Shown in pieces: positions 25,720-39,196 of a DNA stretch of 64,000 bases (position 1 is its first letter; each line of letters begins with the position of its first letter). Origin of the DNA: Eledone cirrhosa (lineage: Eukaryota); assembly GCA_964016885.1 (NCBI GenBank), contig OZ024742.1, positions 311,550,001 to 311,614,000 on the forward strand, given 5' to 3'. The translations under genes were made by a program, and so were the position numbers. The notes under the pieces were generated by a model. It was not told the DNA's origin and made no database searches. It saw only the letters and a program-made list of their open reading frames with translations.

Positions 25720-25912
25720 GGGCGGTGGATTAGTAGTATCGGTAGAGGGTCGGACGCCATGCTTTGCAGCAAAGAGTTACGTCCCTTTATGGTCTGAGTT
25801 CAAATCCCGCCGAGGTTAACTTTGCCTTTCATCCTTACGGGGTCGATAAGATAAAGCACCAGTAATACACTGGGATAATTGCTGGCCTTGTGCCAAATAT
25901 AGAAACAATTAT
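25720..25912 (+). mobile_element. tRNA-derived OK/Nin-type SINE (representative; about 20 copies or fragments in the window, e.g. 1563-1755, 27524-27706, 44408-44595, 46266-46455, 47656-47875, 55941-56130)
   Basis: A box tggcagtatcgg, B box gagttcaaatccc, central tgcctttcatccttacggggtcgataaa domain, (ATT)n tail, TSDs such as agctataagccatt at ~27510/27706. Confidence 0.88.
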
Positions 25913-26388
25913 TAACTATGTGTGTGTGGGATTATGGTTTCTGCTCTAGGCACATGGCCAACAATTTTGGGGAAGGAGAAAGTTGAGTAAATCGATCCAG
26001 TGCGTCACTGGTATCTTATTTTATCAACCTCATAACGATGAAAGCAAAGCTAACCTCGGCGGCATTTGAACTTAGAACGCAATAGGACGTAACTATACAC
26101 TGCAAAGCATATTGTCCGACTCTCTACCGATACTGCCAATGCAATTAATTTTGATCTGTTTCTAGTTTTGTATACCTGCACCTATATAAAGCGTTAATTT
26201 GGTACATTTTAAAAATGTTTTGATATTTTCCTTTGTTTTTAACCATATTTTAATTTTCCTGTGTTTAGAATTTTAAATCAATTGAATTCTTTTAAAAAGT
26301 TATCCATAAACTAAAACCTAGCGGGTTTGTTTTCAGTGGACAATGTTTTCAATCGACACCGCTTAATTTTAGAGTCACCTCCCTTAGT

Positions 26389-26397
26389 AACATGGCG
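26389..26397 (+). promoter_or_regulatory. YY1-like motif overlapping the MRPL27 start codon
   Basis: AACATGGCG matches the AAnATGGCG consensus; it may simply be a good Kozak context. Confidence 0.3.
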
Positions 26398-26446
26398 ACT
26401 ACTTTAGGCTATCTCCGATTACTATCGGGTGTTTCAAGACAAATAG
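26392..26446 (+). CDS. MRPL27: Mitochondrial ribosomal protein L27, exon 1 (presequence-like)
   Basis: aacATGGCG start; MATTLGYLRLLSGVSRQI (no acidic residues, Arg/Ser/Leu rich); G|gtaag donor in phase 1, matching exon 2. Confidence 0.75.
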
Positions 26447-28651
26447 GTAAGCATGGACATTACATTAACAACTGCACTGTTTTGAGGGTGCTGCCCTGTA
26501 TGTCTTTAATATGACATATATACACACAATAGGGTTACAACAAATCTGTTAGTTGTACTAGCTTTTCAGTTAAATGTGAAACGTAGATGTACTCCCTAAT
26601 AGCAGTCTTGTCAAGGGCAACTTCAATTTTATTGTTAATTTATTTCTCTTGTTGTGTTATAAACATATTAAATGTTGACAATAACTTAACCGTAACACTT
26701 AATAATCCGAGGTAAATTTTATTACAATTGTTTGACTGACCTTCAGTACCATTTAGTTTAAATAAACGAACAGTGAACTGCATTTCAGGTTAAAGAGGTG
26801 AATCATACTAACAGCTACAGTTAAATAATTAATCCATATCAATCAAATAAGCAACACTTAGATGAATTAACGAGCAAATATCTACATGGTACCTGTAACT
26901 GCAAAAAAAATAACTGTCAAGTCACCTTTAAATCACATCCTGTCGTCGTAATAAATCGAATAGGCTATGTAGCCAGTAAAACCTAAAGGGACGCCACACA
27001 CATCGCTATAGCGTTTCATCAGCCCCTGCTTTCTGTATCTGTTTATGTATTTACGTGTAGATGTGTGTATATGTAATTAAAGCGTAACGTACGTTACGAA
27101 TGGACAACTAAATGATTTTAATTTATTTTTTAACAATTGATGGTGGAAAAGGTTTCAAATTGTCTTAACTCGGGCCGCAACTCATAGTGTTTGACACTCT
27201 TACCGGCTACATAGCCTCTTCTTAAATAAATAAACAAATAACAGGCATGACACATTGTACAAAGAAACAGGGTGGATATGGAGGGGGGGGGGCGCATTTG
27301 ATCATAGGTCTGATTTTGGACAAAACAAGAACCAAACTCAGCACTCGGAATTTCATTGGGCTTTAGGTGCGTCTCTTTCCAATCAAAATAACACACATAC
27401 TACCTACATATATTCATGGCTTTGTATTTATGCCAGTAATTATTGGGGAACTTAAATATGTAATAAACTGTTTCAGTATCAAACTTGAGAAGCTTTATTA
27501 GGAAATTACAGCTATAAGCCATTAATTGTTTCTACTTTAGGCACAAGGCCAGCCATTACCTAGTGCATTACTGGTACTTTATTTTATCGACCCCGTGAGG
27601 ATGAAAGGCAAAGTCAACCTCGGCGGGATTTGAACTCAGATCATAAAGGGACGTAACTATGCTGGAAAGCATGGCGTCCGACCCTCTACCGATACTGCCA
27701 ATCCACAGCTATAAGCCATTAATGACACTGAAAATATGTAAAACATTCCAAGAATTTAGCATCTAATAGGTGCATATATGTGTATGTAAACGTACAAACA
27801 TAGGTCAAAGCATAGAGCCACACATTCGATGATATTTATACTTGAACATTTATATTGCATGATGTTTGAATTTCAGTGAAAGAGTATTGTTTCAGAGTTG
27901 TGTATATATATGGATGTGTAAGATAGAGAAGGCTCTTCAGATGAGTCAATGACCGACAAGCTCTCTAGTGCTGCTGCCACGAAAAATACACCCCTTACAC
28001 CCTGTAAGGTGCTTGGTGATAGGAAGGGCATCTCACTCCCGAAACCTTGCCAGAAAAGGGTCGAGAGGACTCTTCAGTTGTGTCAATGGCACAACTTGTT
28101 TAATGTTGGTGATCTATACAATAAACGTACCTAGTACACTTTGTAAAGTGGTTGGTGATAGGAAGGGCATCTGGCAGTAGAAAAGCTACCAAACAAATAT
28201 TTGGGAAAACTCTTCATCTGTGTCAAAGTCATGATAATATGTACTCAGTAGAATGTGGAAATATATGTAAATAAGATGTGGCCCACGGCCCTCGTAAGTG
28301 TTTGGTAGAATGCAGGAATGTATGTGGGCAAGGTGGAAGCTCTGGGCCCAACTGAGAAGTCAATAGCTCCACATGAGTATTGGCATGGTCTCGGATGATC
28401 TGTCTAAACCCTGCTAGCAGGGAAAATGAATGTTAAATGATGATGATGACGAGTCAATAAATAAAGTTCCAGTCCAATACAATGGATTTGTGGAGTCGTT
28501 AGCATTTCAGATGGAATACTTTGTGGTATCTGTTCTGCCTCTTTGAATTCTGAGTTCAAATTCCACCTCCTGTCACTGAAAAAAAAGCAGATATTATAAT
28601 ATCCAAGAAACCTCTGAGATGCACCATCATCTAGATTGGTTGTTTTATATA

Positions 28652-28843
28652 CGAGGGTCAGCTGAAAAGTTCATAGGCTGAACAAGGTACTGTCATGGAA
28701 TGACCAAATGAGGTTTATTTTTCAACATAGTCCTTGGAAAGAAACAATGCAGTTATTAATTAGAATTGAAATTAATGCATGCAATTTCAAAGTACTAGCA
28801 TCACTCCTTCATAGTCAGCCTATGAACTTTTCAGCCTAACCTT
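28652..28843. mobile_element. mariner-like MITE
   Basis: TA|CGAGGGTCAGCTGAAAAGTTCATAGGCTGA...TCAGCCTATGAACTTTTCAGC..CCTT|ATA terminal inverted repeats. Confidence 0.8.
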
Positions 28844-30084
28844 ATACTTTGGTAGTTCTCATTGTTCTGGTGTTGGATCCCTTTGATATAGCTACCCCCC
28901 TCTAAATTTATGACCATCTGCTAATGAGACAATATCATGATTATTATTGGTAGTTTTCTTATAGTTAATACAGTTCCTAATATCATTAATAATGATTTAT
29001 TTATCTTTTTAAATTTTAATTATTTTTTTATTAATTTATTTATTTATGATTAATAGTAATGAATTTAATTATTTTCAACAACAATAATTCAATTATTATC
29101 AAATAATAATGATTAAAAATGTGATAATCAAAAGCAGGCTTCACATTTTAAATTTATTACATCATCATAATTATTCAATGTCATGATATGGTCATTTAAT
29201 CCAAGCATTAGAATTACAGGTATTGTGTTGCATTGGTAGGTAATAGTCAGCCTGTCTGACAAACAGGTTCCACTTTGACTCTGCCATTAGGTGCTTGATA
29301 TTAAGATGGAGATCTAGTTTGAGGTTTAGGTTTGTGGAGTGGAATGTTTGGGTTGTTATAATAGTAGTAGTAGTAATAGTAAATTTAGTATCAGCTCACC
29401 CTTATAATTGTGGTAAAGGCTGAAGTTGTGTTGATAGCAGTGACTGTTAGTAAACTTTCTGACAATTACCAGGTTGTTTTAACACTTTTGATACCAAACC
29501 ACTTTGGTTCTAAAATACAAGCTGTTTATTGTAAAGTGTTTATATTTATCTAAAGGTGAAGAATTGGCAGAGTCGTTAGAACGTTGAATAGTATGGTTTG
29601 TGGTATTTGTTCTGGCTCTTTACGCTCAAAGTTCAAATCCTGCAGAGGTCAACTTTGCCTTTCATCCTTTTGAACTTGATAAAAGAAGTACCAATCCAGT
29701 ACAGGGGGCAATTCTTCTTTTATATTTCTTTCTTATTTCTTCTCTATCTTTTTTTCTGGTTTAAATATACTGTGAGGGGGATGGGCTTTGCCAGTTTTAA
29801 AAATTTCTCTACAACTCTATAAAGAGTTATGGGCTCATGCATACATTTACATATTTATTTTAAAATATTCTATTATATTTTCATATAATCATTAAGTTAT
29901 GCTCTAAACATGAATTTAACAATGATAAGATTAGTTATAATACTAAATCCCTACAAATTATCGATTATTTTCAAAATTATTTGAAAATCAAAGCCAGTGT
30001 CTATTATTAGAAAAATGGTTAAAATAAAAGGTTAATATTGGATTACACCATAATTGATTTAATTTCTTCTTTTGATTTAACCAG

Positions 30085-30263
30085 GTATCTCTGATTGTAC
30101 AGCTGTAAGATGGGCTTCAAAGAAGGCAGGTAGCAGTACACGGAACAAAGTTGGTAGTACACCTGGCAAAAGTAGAGGATTGAAAAAGAAAGAAGGTGCA
30201 TTCATTCATAAAGGAGAAGTAATCCTTACACAGCTTGGGCTCAGATGTTATCCAGGAGAAAAT
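30085..30263 (+). CDS. MRPL27: Mitochondrial ribosomal protein L27, exon 2
   Basis: ccag| acceptor; VRWASKKAGSSTRNK...PGKSRGLKKKEGAFIHKGEVILTQLGLRCYPGEN|gtaag carries the bL27 N-terminal signature (ASKKxGxSxxN, PGxN). Confidence 0.93.
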
Positions 30264-30415
30264 GTAAGTAAACATATTTTTCAGAATAGAAGTTTTCACC
30301 TTTCTATAAGATTCATCTCCATTTTACTGAAATATATTCATATAACAAGACATGTTTCTCATCCAATTAACAATTTATCATCACTAATTAGTGCAATCAT
30401 CAGTGTGTGTGTGTA

Positions 30416-33400
30416 TGGTTTAGGATAGGTACAATGTATCCATGGTTTAGAGTAGGTACACTGTAACCCTAGTTTAGAATAGGTACACTGTAGCCCTGGT
30501 TTAGAATAGGTACACTGTATCCCTGGTTTAGAATAGGTACACTGTATTCCTGGTTTAGAATAGGTACACTGTAGCCCTGGTTTAGAGTAGGTACACTGTA
30601 TCCCTGGTTTAGAATAGGTACACTGTATCTCTGGTTTAGAATAGGTACACTGTATTCCTGGTTTAGAATAGGTACCCTGTAGCCCTGGTTTAGAATAGGT
30701 ACCCTGTAGCCCTGGTTTAGAGTAGGTACACTGTATTCCTGGTTTAGAGTAGGTACACTGTAGCCCTGGTTTAGAATAGGTACACTGTATTCCTGGTTTA
30801 GAATAGGTACACTGTAGTCCTGGTTTAGAATAGGTACACTGTATTCCTGGTTTAGAATAGGTACACTGTAACCCTAGTTTAGAATAGGTACACTGTATCC
30901 CTGCTTTAGAATAGGTACACTGTAGCCCTGGTTTAGAATAGGTACACTGTAGCCCTGGTTTAGAATAGGTACACTGTATTCCTGGTTTAGAATAGGTACA
31001 CTGTAACCCTAGTTTAGAATAGGTACACTGTATCCCTGGTTTAGAATAGGTACACTGTAGCCCTGGTTTAGAATAGGTACACTGTAGCCCTGGTTTAGAA
31101 TAGGTACACTGTATTCCTAGTTTAGAAGAGGTACACTGTATTCCTGGTTTGGAATAGGTACACTGAAGCCCGGGTTTAGAGTAGGTACACTGTCACCATA
31201 GTTTAGAATAGGTACACTGTATCCCTGGTTTAGAATAGGTACACTGTAGCCCTGGTTTAGAATAGGTACACTAGCCCTGGTTTAGAGTAGGTACACTGTA
31301 TCCCTGGTTTAGAATAGTTACACTGTACTCCTAGTTTAGAATAGGTACACTGTAGCCCTAGTTTAGAATAGGTACACTGTAGCCCTTGTTTAGAATAGGT
31401 ACACTGTAACCCTAGTTTAGAATAGGTACACTGTATTCCTAGTTTAGAATAGGTACACTGTAGCCCAAGTTTACAATGGGTACACTGTATTCCTGGTTTT
31501 GAATAGGTACACTGTATCCCTGGTTTAGAATAGGTACACTGTATCCATGGTTTAGAATAGGTATACTGTAGCCCTGGTTTAGAATAGGTACACTGTATTC
31601 CTGGTTTAGAATAGGTACATCATATCCCTAGTTTAGAGTAGGTACACTGTATTCCTGGTTTAGAATAGGTACACTGTAGCCTTGGTTTAGAATAGTTACA
31701 CTGTATCCCTGGTTTAGAATAGTTACACTGTAGCCCTGGTTTAGAATAGGTACACTAGCCCTGGTTTAGAATAGGTGCACTGTATCCCTGGTTTAGAATA
31801 GGTACACTGTATTCCTGGTTTAGAATAGGTACACTGTAGCCCTGGTTTAGAATAGGTACACTGTATTCCTAGTTTAGAATAGTTACACTGTAGCCCTAGT
31901 TTAGAATAGGTACACTGTAGCCCTGGTTTAGAATAGGTACACTGTAGCCCTAGTTTAGAATAGGTACACTGTATTCCTAGTTTAGAATAGGTACACTTTA
32001 TCCCTGGTTTAGAATAGGTACACTGTAGCCCTGGTTTAGACTAGGTACAATGTATCCATGGTTTAGAATAGGTACACTGTAGCCCTGGTTTAGAATAGGT
32101 ACACTGTATCCCTAGTTTAGAATAGGTACACTGTATTCCTGGTTTAGAATAGGTACACTGTATCCCTGGTTTAGAATAGGTATACTGTATTCCTGGTTTA
32201 GAATAGGTACACTGTATTCCTGGTTTAGAATAGGTACACTGTAGCCCTGGTTTAGAATAGGTACACTGTAGCCCTGGTTTAGAATAGGTACACTGTAACC
32301 CTGGTTTAGAATAGGTACATCATATCCCTGGTTTAGAGTAGGTACACTGTATTCCTGGTTTAGAATAGGTACACTGTAGCCCTGGTTTAGAATAGGTACA
32401 CTGTATCCCTGGTTTAGAATAGGTACACTGTAGCCCTGGTTTAGAATAGGTACACTGTATCCCTGGTTTAGAATAGGTACACTGTAACCCTGGTTTAGAA
32501 TAGGTACACTGTATCCCTGGTTTAGAATAGGTACACTGTAGCCCTGGTTTAGAGTAGGTACACTGTATTCCTGGTTTAGAATAGGTACACTAACCCTGGT
32601 TTAGAAGAGGTACACTGTATTCCTGGTTTAGAATAGGTACACTGTAGCCCTAGTTTAGAATAGGTACACTGTATCCCTGGTTTAGAGAAGGTACACTAGC
32701 CCTGGTTTAGAATAGGTACACTGTAACCCTAGTTTAGAATAGGTACATTGTATCCCTGGTTTAGAATAGGTACACTGTAGCCCTGGTTTAGAGTAGGTAC
32801 ACTGTAACCCTGGTTTAGAATAGTTACACTGTACTCCTAGTTTAGAATAGGTACACTGTACCCTGGTTTAGAATAGGTACACTGTATCCCTGGTTTAGAA
32901 TAGGTACACTGTATCCCTGGTTTAGAATAGGTACACTGTATCCATGGTTTAGAGTAGGTACACTGTATTCCTGGTTTAGAATAGGTACACTGTAGCCCTC
33001 ATTTAGAATAGGTACACTGTATCCCTGGTTTAGAGTAGGTACACTAGCCCTGGTTTAGAATAGGTACACTGTAACCCTGGTTTAGAATAGGTACACTGTA
33101 TCCCTGGTTTAGAATAGGTACACTGTACCCTGGTTTAGAATAGGTACACTGTATTCCTAGTTTAGAATAGTTACACTGTAGCCCTAGTTTAGAATAGGTA
33201 CACTGTATCCCTGGTTTAGAATAGGTACACTGTATCCCTGGTTTAGAATAGGTACACTGTATCCCTGGTTTAGAATAGGTACACTGCATCCCTGGTTTAG
33301 AATATATACACTGTATCCATGGTTTAGAGTAGGTACACTGTATTCCTGGTTTAGAATAGGTACACTGTAGCCCTCATTTAGAATAGGTACACTGTATCCC

Positions 33401-36400
33401 TGGTTTAGAGTAGGTACACTAGCCCTGGTTTAGAATAGGTACACTGTAAGCCTAGTTTAGAATAGGTACACTGTATCCCTGGTTTAGAATAGGTACACTA
33501 ACCCTGGTTTAGAATAGGTACACTGTAGCCCTGGTTTAGAGTAGGTACACTGTAACCCTGGTTTAGAATAGTTACACTGTACTCCTAGTTTAGAATAGGT
33601 ACACTGTAGCCCTAGTTTAGAATAGGTACACTGTAGCCCTGGTTTAGAATAGGTACACTGTACCCTGGTTTAGAATAGGTACACTGTATTCCTAGTTTAG
33701 AATAGTTACACTGTAGCCCTAGTTTAGAATAGGTACACCGTATCCCTGGTTTAGAATAGGTACACTGTATCCCTGGTTTAGAATAGGTACACTGTATCCC
33801 TGGTTTAGAATAGGTACACTGTAGCCCTGGTTTAGAATAGGTACACTAGCCCTGGTTTAGAATAGGTACACTGTATCCCTGGTTTAGAATAGGTACATTG
33901 TATTCCTGGTTTAGAATAGGTACACTGTAGCCCTGGTTTAGAATAGGTACACTGTATCCCTGGTTTAGAATAGGTATACTGTATTCCTGGTTTAGAATAG
34001 GTATACTGTAGCCCTGGTTTAGAATAGGTACACTGTAGTCCTGGTTTAGAATAGGTACACTGTATTCCTGGTTTAGAATAGATACTCTATAGCCCTGGTT
34101 TAGAATAGGTACACTGTAGCCCTGGTTTAGAATAGGTACACTGTAACCCTGGTTTAGAATAGGTACACTGTATTCCTAGTTTAGAATAGTTACACTGTAG
34201 CCCTAGTTTAGAATAGGTACACTGTAGCCCTGGTTTAGAATAGGTACACTGTAGCCCTAGTTTAGAATAGGTACACTGTATTCCTAGTTTAGAATAGGTA
34301 CACTTTATCCCTGGTTTAGAATAGGTACACTTTATCCCTGGTTTAGAATAGGTACAATGTATCCATGGTTTAGAATAGGTACACTGTAGCCCTGGTTTAG
34401 AATAGGTACACTGTATCCCTAGTTTAGAATAGGTACACTGTAACCCTGGTTTAGAATAGATACATCATATCCCTGGTTTAGAATAGGTACACTGTATTCC
34501 TGTTTTAGAATAGGTACACTGTAGCCCTGGTTTAGAATAGGTACACTGTAACCCTGGTTTAGAATAGGTACACTGTATCCCTGGTTTAGAATAGGTACAC
34601 TGTAGCCCTGGTTTAGAGTAGGTACACTGTATTCCTGGTTTAGAATAGGTACACTAACCCTGGTTTAGAAGAGGTTCACTGTATTCCTGGTTTAGAATAA
34701 GTACACTGTATCCCTGGTTTAGAGTAGGTACACTAGCCCTGGTTTAGAATAGGTACACTGTATCCCTGGTTTAGAATAGGTACACTGTAACCCTGGTTTA
34801 GAGTAGGTACACTGTAACCCTGGTTTAGAATAGTTACACTGTACTCCTAGTTTAGAATAGGTACACTGTAGCCCTGGTTTAGAATAGGTACACTGTATCC
34901 CTGGTTTAGAATAGGTACACTGTATCCCTGGTTTAGAATAGGTACACTGTATCCATGGTTTAGAGTAGGTACACTGTATCCATGGTTTAGAGTAGGTACA
35001 CTGTATTCCTGGTTTAGAATAGGTACACTGTAGCCCTCATTTAGAATAGGTACACTGTATCCCTGGTTTAGAGTAGGTACACTAACCCTGGTTTAGAATA
35101 GGTATACTGTAACCCTAGTTTAGAATAGGTACACTGTATCCCTGGTTTAGAATAGGTACACTGTAACCCTGGTTTAGAATAGGTACACTGTAGCCCTGGT
35201 TTAGAGTAGGTACACTGTAACCCTGGTTTAGAATAGTTACACTGTACTCCTAGTTTAGAATAGGTACATGTAGCCCTAGTTTAGAATAGGTACACTGTAG
35301 CCCTGGTTTAGAATAGGTACACTGTACCCTGGTTTAGAATAGGTACACTGTATTCCTAGTTTAGAATAGTTACACTGTAGCCCTAGTTTAGAATAGGTAC
35401 ACTGTAGCCCTGGTTTAGAATAGGTACACTGTAGCCCTAGTTTAGAATAGGTACACTGTATTCCTAGTTTAGAATAGGTACACTTTATCCCTGGTTTAGA
35501 ATAGGTACACTTTATCCCTGGTTTAGAATAGGTACAATGTATCCATGGTTTAGAATAGGTACACTGTAGCCCTGGTTTAGAATAGGTACACTGTATCCCT
35601 AGTTTAGAATAGGTACACTGTAACCCTGGTTTAGAATAGATACATCATATCCCTGGTTTAGAATAGGTACACTGTATTCCTGTTTTAGAATAGGTACACT
35701 GTAGCCCTGGTTTAGAATAGGTACACTGTAACCCTGGTTTAGAATAGGTACACTGTATCCCTGGTTTAGAATAGGTACACTGTAGCCCTGGTTTAGAGTA
35801 GGTACACTGTATTCCTGGTTTAGAATAGGTACACTAACCTTGGTTTAGAAGAGGTTCACTGTATTCCTGGTTTAGAATAGGTACACTGTATCCCTGGTTT
35901 AGAGTAGGTACACTAGCCCTGGTTTAGACTAGGTACACTGTATCCCTGGTTTAGAATAGGTACACTGTAACCCTGGTTTAGAGTAGGTACACTGTAACCC
36001 TGGTTTAGAATAGTTACACTGTACTCCTAGTTTAGAATAGGTACACTGTAGCCCTGGTTTAGAATAGGTACACTGTATCCCTGGTTTAGAATAGGTACAC
36101 TGTATCCCTGGTTTAGAATAGGTACACTGTATCCATGGTTTAGAGTAGGTACACTGTATCCATGGTTTAGAGTAGGTACACTGTATTCCTGGTTTAGAAT
36201 AGGTACACTGTAGCCCTCATTTAGAATAGGTACACTGTATCCCTGGTTTAGAGTAGGTACACTAACCCTGGTTTAGAATAGGTATACTGTAACCCTAGTT
36301 TAGAATAGGTACACTGTATCCCTGGTTTAGAATAGGTACACTGTAACCCTGGTTTAGAATAGGTACACTGTAGCCCTGGTTTAGAGTAGGTACACTGTAA

Positions 36401-37653
36401 CCCTGGTTTAGAATAGTTACACTGTACTCCTAGTTTAGAATAGGTACATGTAGCCCTAGTTTAGAATAGGTACACTGTAGCCCTGGTTTAGAATAGGTAC
36501 ACTGTACCCTGGTTTAGAATAGGTACACTGTATTTCTAGTTTAGAATAGTTACACTGTAGCCCTAGTTTAGAATAGGTACACTGTATCCCTGGTTTAGAA
36601 TAGGTACACTGTAGCCCTAGTTTAGAATAGGTACACTGTATTCCTAGTTTAGAATAGGTACACTGTATCCCTGGTTTAGAATAGGTACACTGAGCCCTGG
36701 TTTAGAATAGGTACAATGTATCCATGGTTTAGAATAGGTACACTGTAACCCTGGTTTAGAATAGGTACACTGTATCCCTAGTTTAGAATAGGTACACTGT
36801 AGCCCAAGTTTACAATAGGTACACTGTATTCCTGGTTTAGAATAGGTACACTGTATTCCTGGTTTAGAATAGGTACACTGTATCCCTGGTTTAGAATAGG
36901 TACACTGTAGCCCTGGTTTAGAATAGGTACACTGTATTCCTGGTTTAGAATAGGTACACTGTAGCCCTGGTTTAGAATAGGTACACTGTATTCCTGGTTT
37001 AGAATAGGTACACTGTATTCCTGGTTTAGAATAGGTACACTGTAGCCGTGGTTAAGAATAGGTACACTGTAGCCCTGGTTTAGAATAGGTACACTGTATC
37101 CCTGGTTTAGAGTAGGTACACTGTATTTCTGGTTTAGAACAGGTACACTGTAGCCCTCGTTTAGAATAGGTACACTGTATCCCTGGTTTAGAATAGGTAC
37201 ACTGTAGCCCTGGTTTAGAATAGGTACACTGTAACCCTAGTTTAGAATAGGTACACTGTAACCCTGGTTTAGAATAGGTACACTGTAGCCCTGGTTTAGA
37301 GTAGGTACACTGTATCCCTGGTTTAGAATAGGTACACTGTATCCCTGGTTTAGAATAGGTACACTGTATCCCTGGTTTAGAATAGGTACACTGTATTCCT
37401 GGTTTAGAATAGGTACACTGTATTCCTGGTTTAGAATAGGTACACTGTATCCCTGGTTTAGAGTAGGTACACTGTATTCCTGGTTTAGAATAGGTACACT
37501 GTATCCCTGGTTTAGAATAGGTACACTGTATTCCTGGTTTAGAATAGGTACACTGTATCCCTGGTTTAGAGTAGGTACACTGTATTCCTGGTTTAGAATA
37601 GGTACACTGTATTCCTGGTTTAGAATAGGTACACTATATCTCTGGTTTAGAAT
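30416..37653 (+). repeat. 27-bp satellite array, about 268 monomers, in MRPL27 intron 2
   Basis: Consensus GGTTTAGAATAGGTACACTGTATCCCT repeated head to tail for ~7.2 kb. Confidence 0.99.
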
Positions 37654-38567
37654 ACAACATATAGGGCTTGGTCCTGCTAGTGGCCAATTCCATTCAGATA
37701 GAAGTGGGAGGTGGCTCGAGGACCAAAATTACTGAAGTCTCTACTGCTACAGTTTAAATATTTCGATTTAGCCTCTTTGGCTTGATGGGCAGTGAAGCCA
37801 GGGTTAGACACCAAATGCACCAGGTTGCATTGGAGAGGGTGTCACAGCATGCAGTATCCCAGTTAAGGGCCCTACCATTGTGGAATGGGAAGATTATTAT
37901 GTCATCTAGCCTTTTGCTGTCTCCTCGGTCCAGCCTTGCTGACTTCAGCTGAAAAGGGAAGCCTGCAACATCTGAGCCATGTTTTATGATCTTGTTGAGA
38001 GCAGCATGGCGAGGGAGGCTGCCGTTTCTGTAACGGCATGCTAGTGGGCTTTCAACTCATGTATTTAGATCAGCTAGTTCTGTCTCATAGGTGATCTGGT
38101 CTCTCCTATTTCTAGGACTACAGGTTTACTCTGGTTCATCAGTGGGACAGCTTTGCCCCCATTCTTCTATGCCCTAATTAAAAAAAGGCAGGGCACAACC
38201 CATGACATTTTACAGGGCCATTTTGACTGGTGGGAGACCAAAGACCTAGCTCTACTGCTTGTAACAAAGTGAAACTCTGCTAAAGGTACCCATGGTTCAG
38301 TTGGTGTTAATTCTCTCATTACCGTATTCCTAATAAACTGCCTATGATTTAAAAAGACTTAATTTTGAAAACAAAGAATTTGGAGAGATTTAGTAATATA
38401 ACTAAATTTCTCATTATTATGCTTGTATTTGAAACCTAACAAAAATTTCTTTCATAAAATTATGATAGAAGGATTTTAGATAAATATAAATCCTCTAAAC
38501 TGTTTTGTGTTGTAGAAGACTGTTTGGTTTCAAAAGGGTTAACTGGGTATCTGATTAAGTCAAGTAA

Positions 38568-38895
38568 GGAGGCACATGGCTTAGTGGTTAGAGCCTTGCA
38601 ATCGAAAGGTTGTGAGTTCAATTCTCAGACCGAGTGATGTGTTGTTTCCTTGAGCTAGACACTTTATTTCACATTGCTCCAGTTTACTCAGCTGTAGAAA
38701 TGAGATGATAGGGACTGGGGTCCCTATTATTCCACTGCAAAGTGGTTGTGGAGATGCCACGGCAAAAAAACACCCACCGCTCACTGTAAATGAGGTTGGT
38801 GTTAGGAAGGGCATCCAGCTGTAGAAATCAAGCCAGAATCAGTTCCCGTCACACCCTTGCAAGCAGGGAAAAGCAGACGTAAAATGATGATGATA
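38568..38895 (+). mobile_element. tRNA-derived CORE-type SINE with RTE-derived tail (other copies 18822-19148 -, 21250-21630 -, 39900-40210 +)
   Basis: A box tggcttagtgg, B box gagttcaattc, CORE-like ccttgagcaagacacttt, tail gttggtgttaggaagggcatccagctgtagaaatcaagcc...(GAT)n. Confidence 0.85.
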
Positions 38896-39001
38896 ATTAT
38901 GATCTATTATAGTAGTGGGAGTCTTTATAAGGTTTAAAGTTCTCAATATATCTATTCTGCTGTCTCGTGTTAATGACTCATTCTTGGTTCTTTATTTTCA
39001 G

Positions 39002-39196
39002 GTTGGTTTGTTGCGAGACAAAACCTTGGTGGCGTTATGTGATGGCAAAGTCATGATGTCCCACGAATACCTCAGCCCATTTCCTGACAGTCCTCTCTAC
39101 GAACCCGTCAAAAAGGGTGTCCTTATAAAGAAAAGATTCTTCCATGTTATCCCAGTTCCATTACATGCCAAATTTCGCCTAGTTTCCCAAATCTAA
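39002..39196 (+). CDS. MRPL27: Mitochondrial ribosomal protein L27, exon 3 (terminal)
   Basis: ttttcag|GTT; VGLLRDKTLVALCDGKV...KKRFFHVIP...FRLVSQI*; the three exons total 55+179+195=429 nt (142 aa); AATAAA near 39574. Confidence 0.92.
   Translation, partial: VGLLRDKTLVALCDGKVMMSHEYLSPFPDSPLYEPVKKGVLIKKRFFHVIPVPLHAKFRLVSQI

Noticed and set aside
25720-25812. Possible tRNA genes in SINE heads
   Set aside because: A and B boxes are present but there is no full cloverleaf; they run into SINE bodies with tails and TSDs
30416-37653. CRISPR-like array, or coding repeat (ORF 33044-33289)
   Set aside because: No unique spacers, eukaryotic intron, no cas genes; the ORF is a by-product of the 27-bp period
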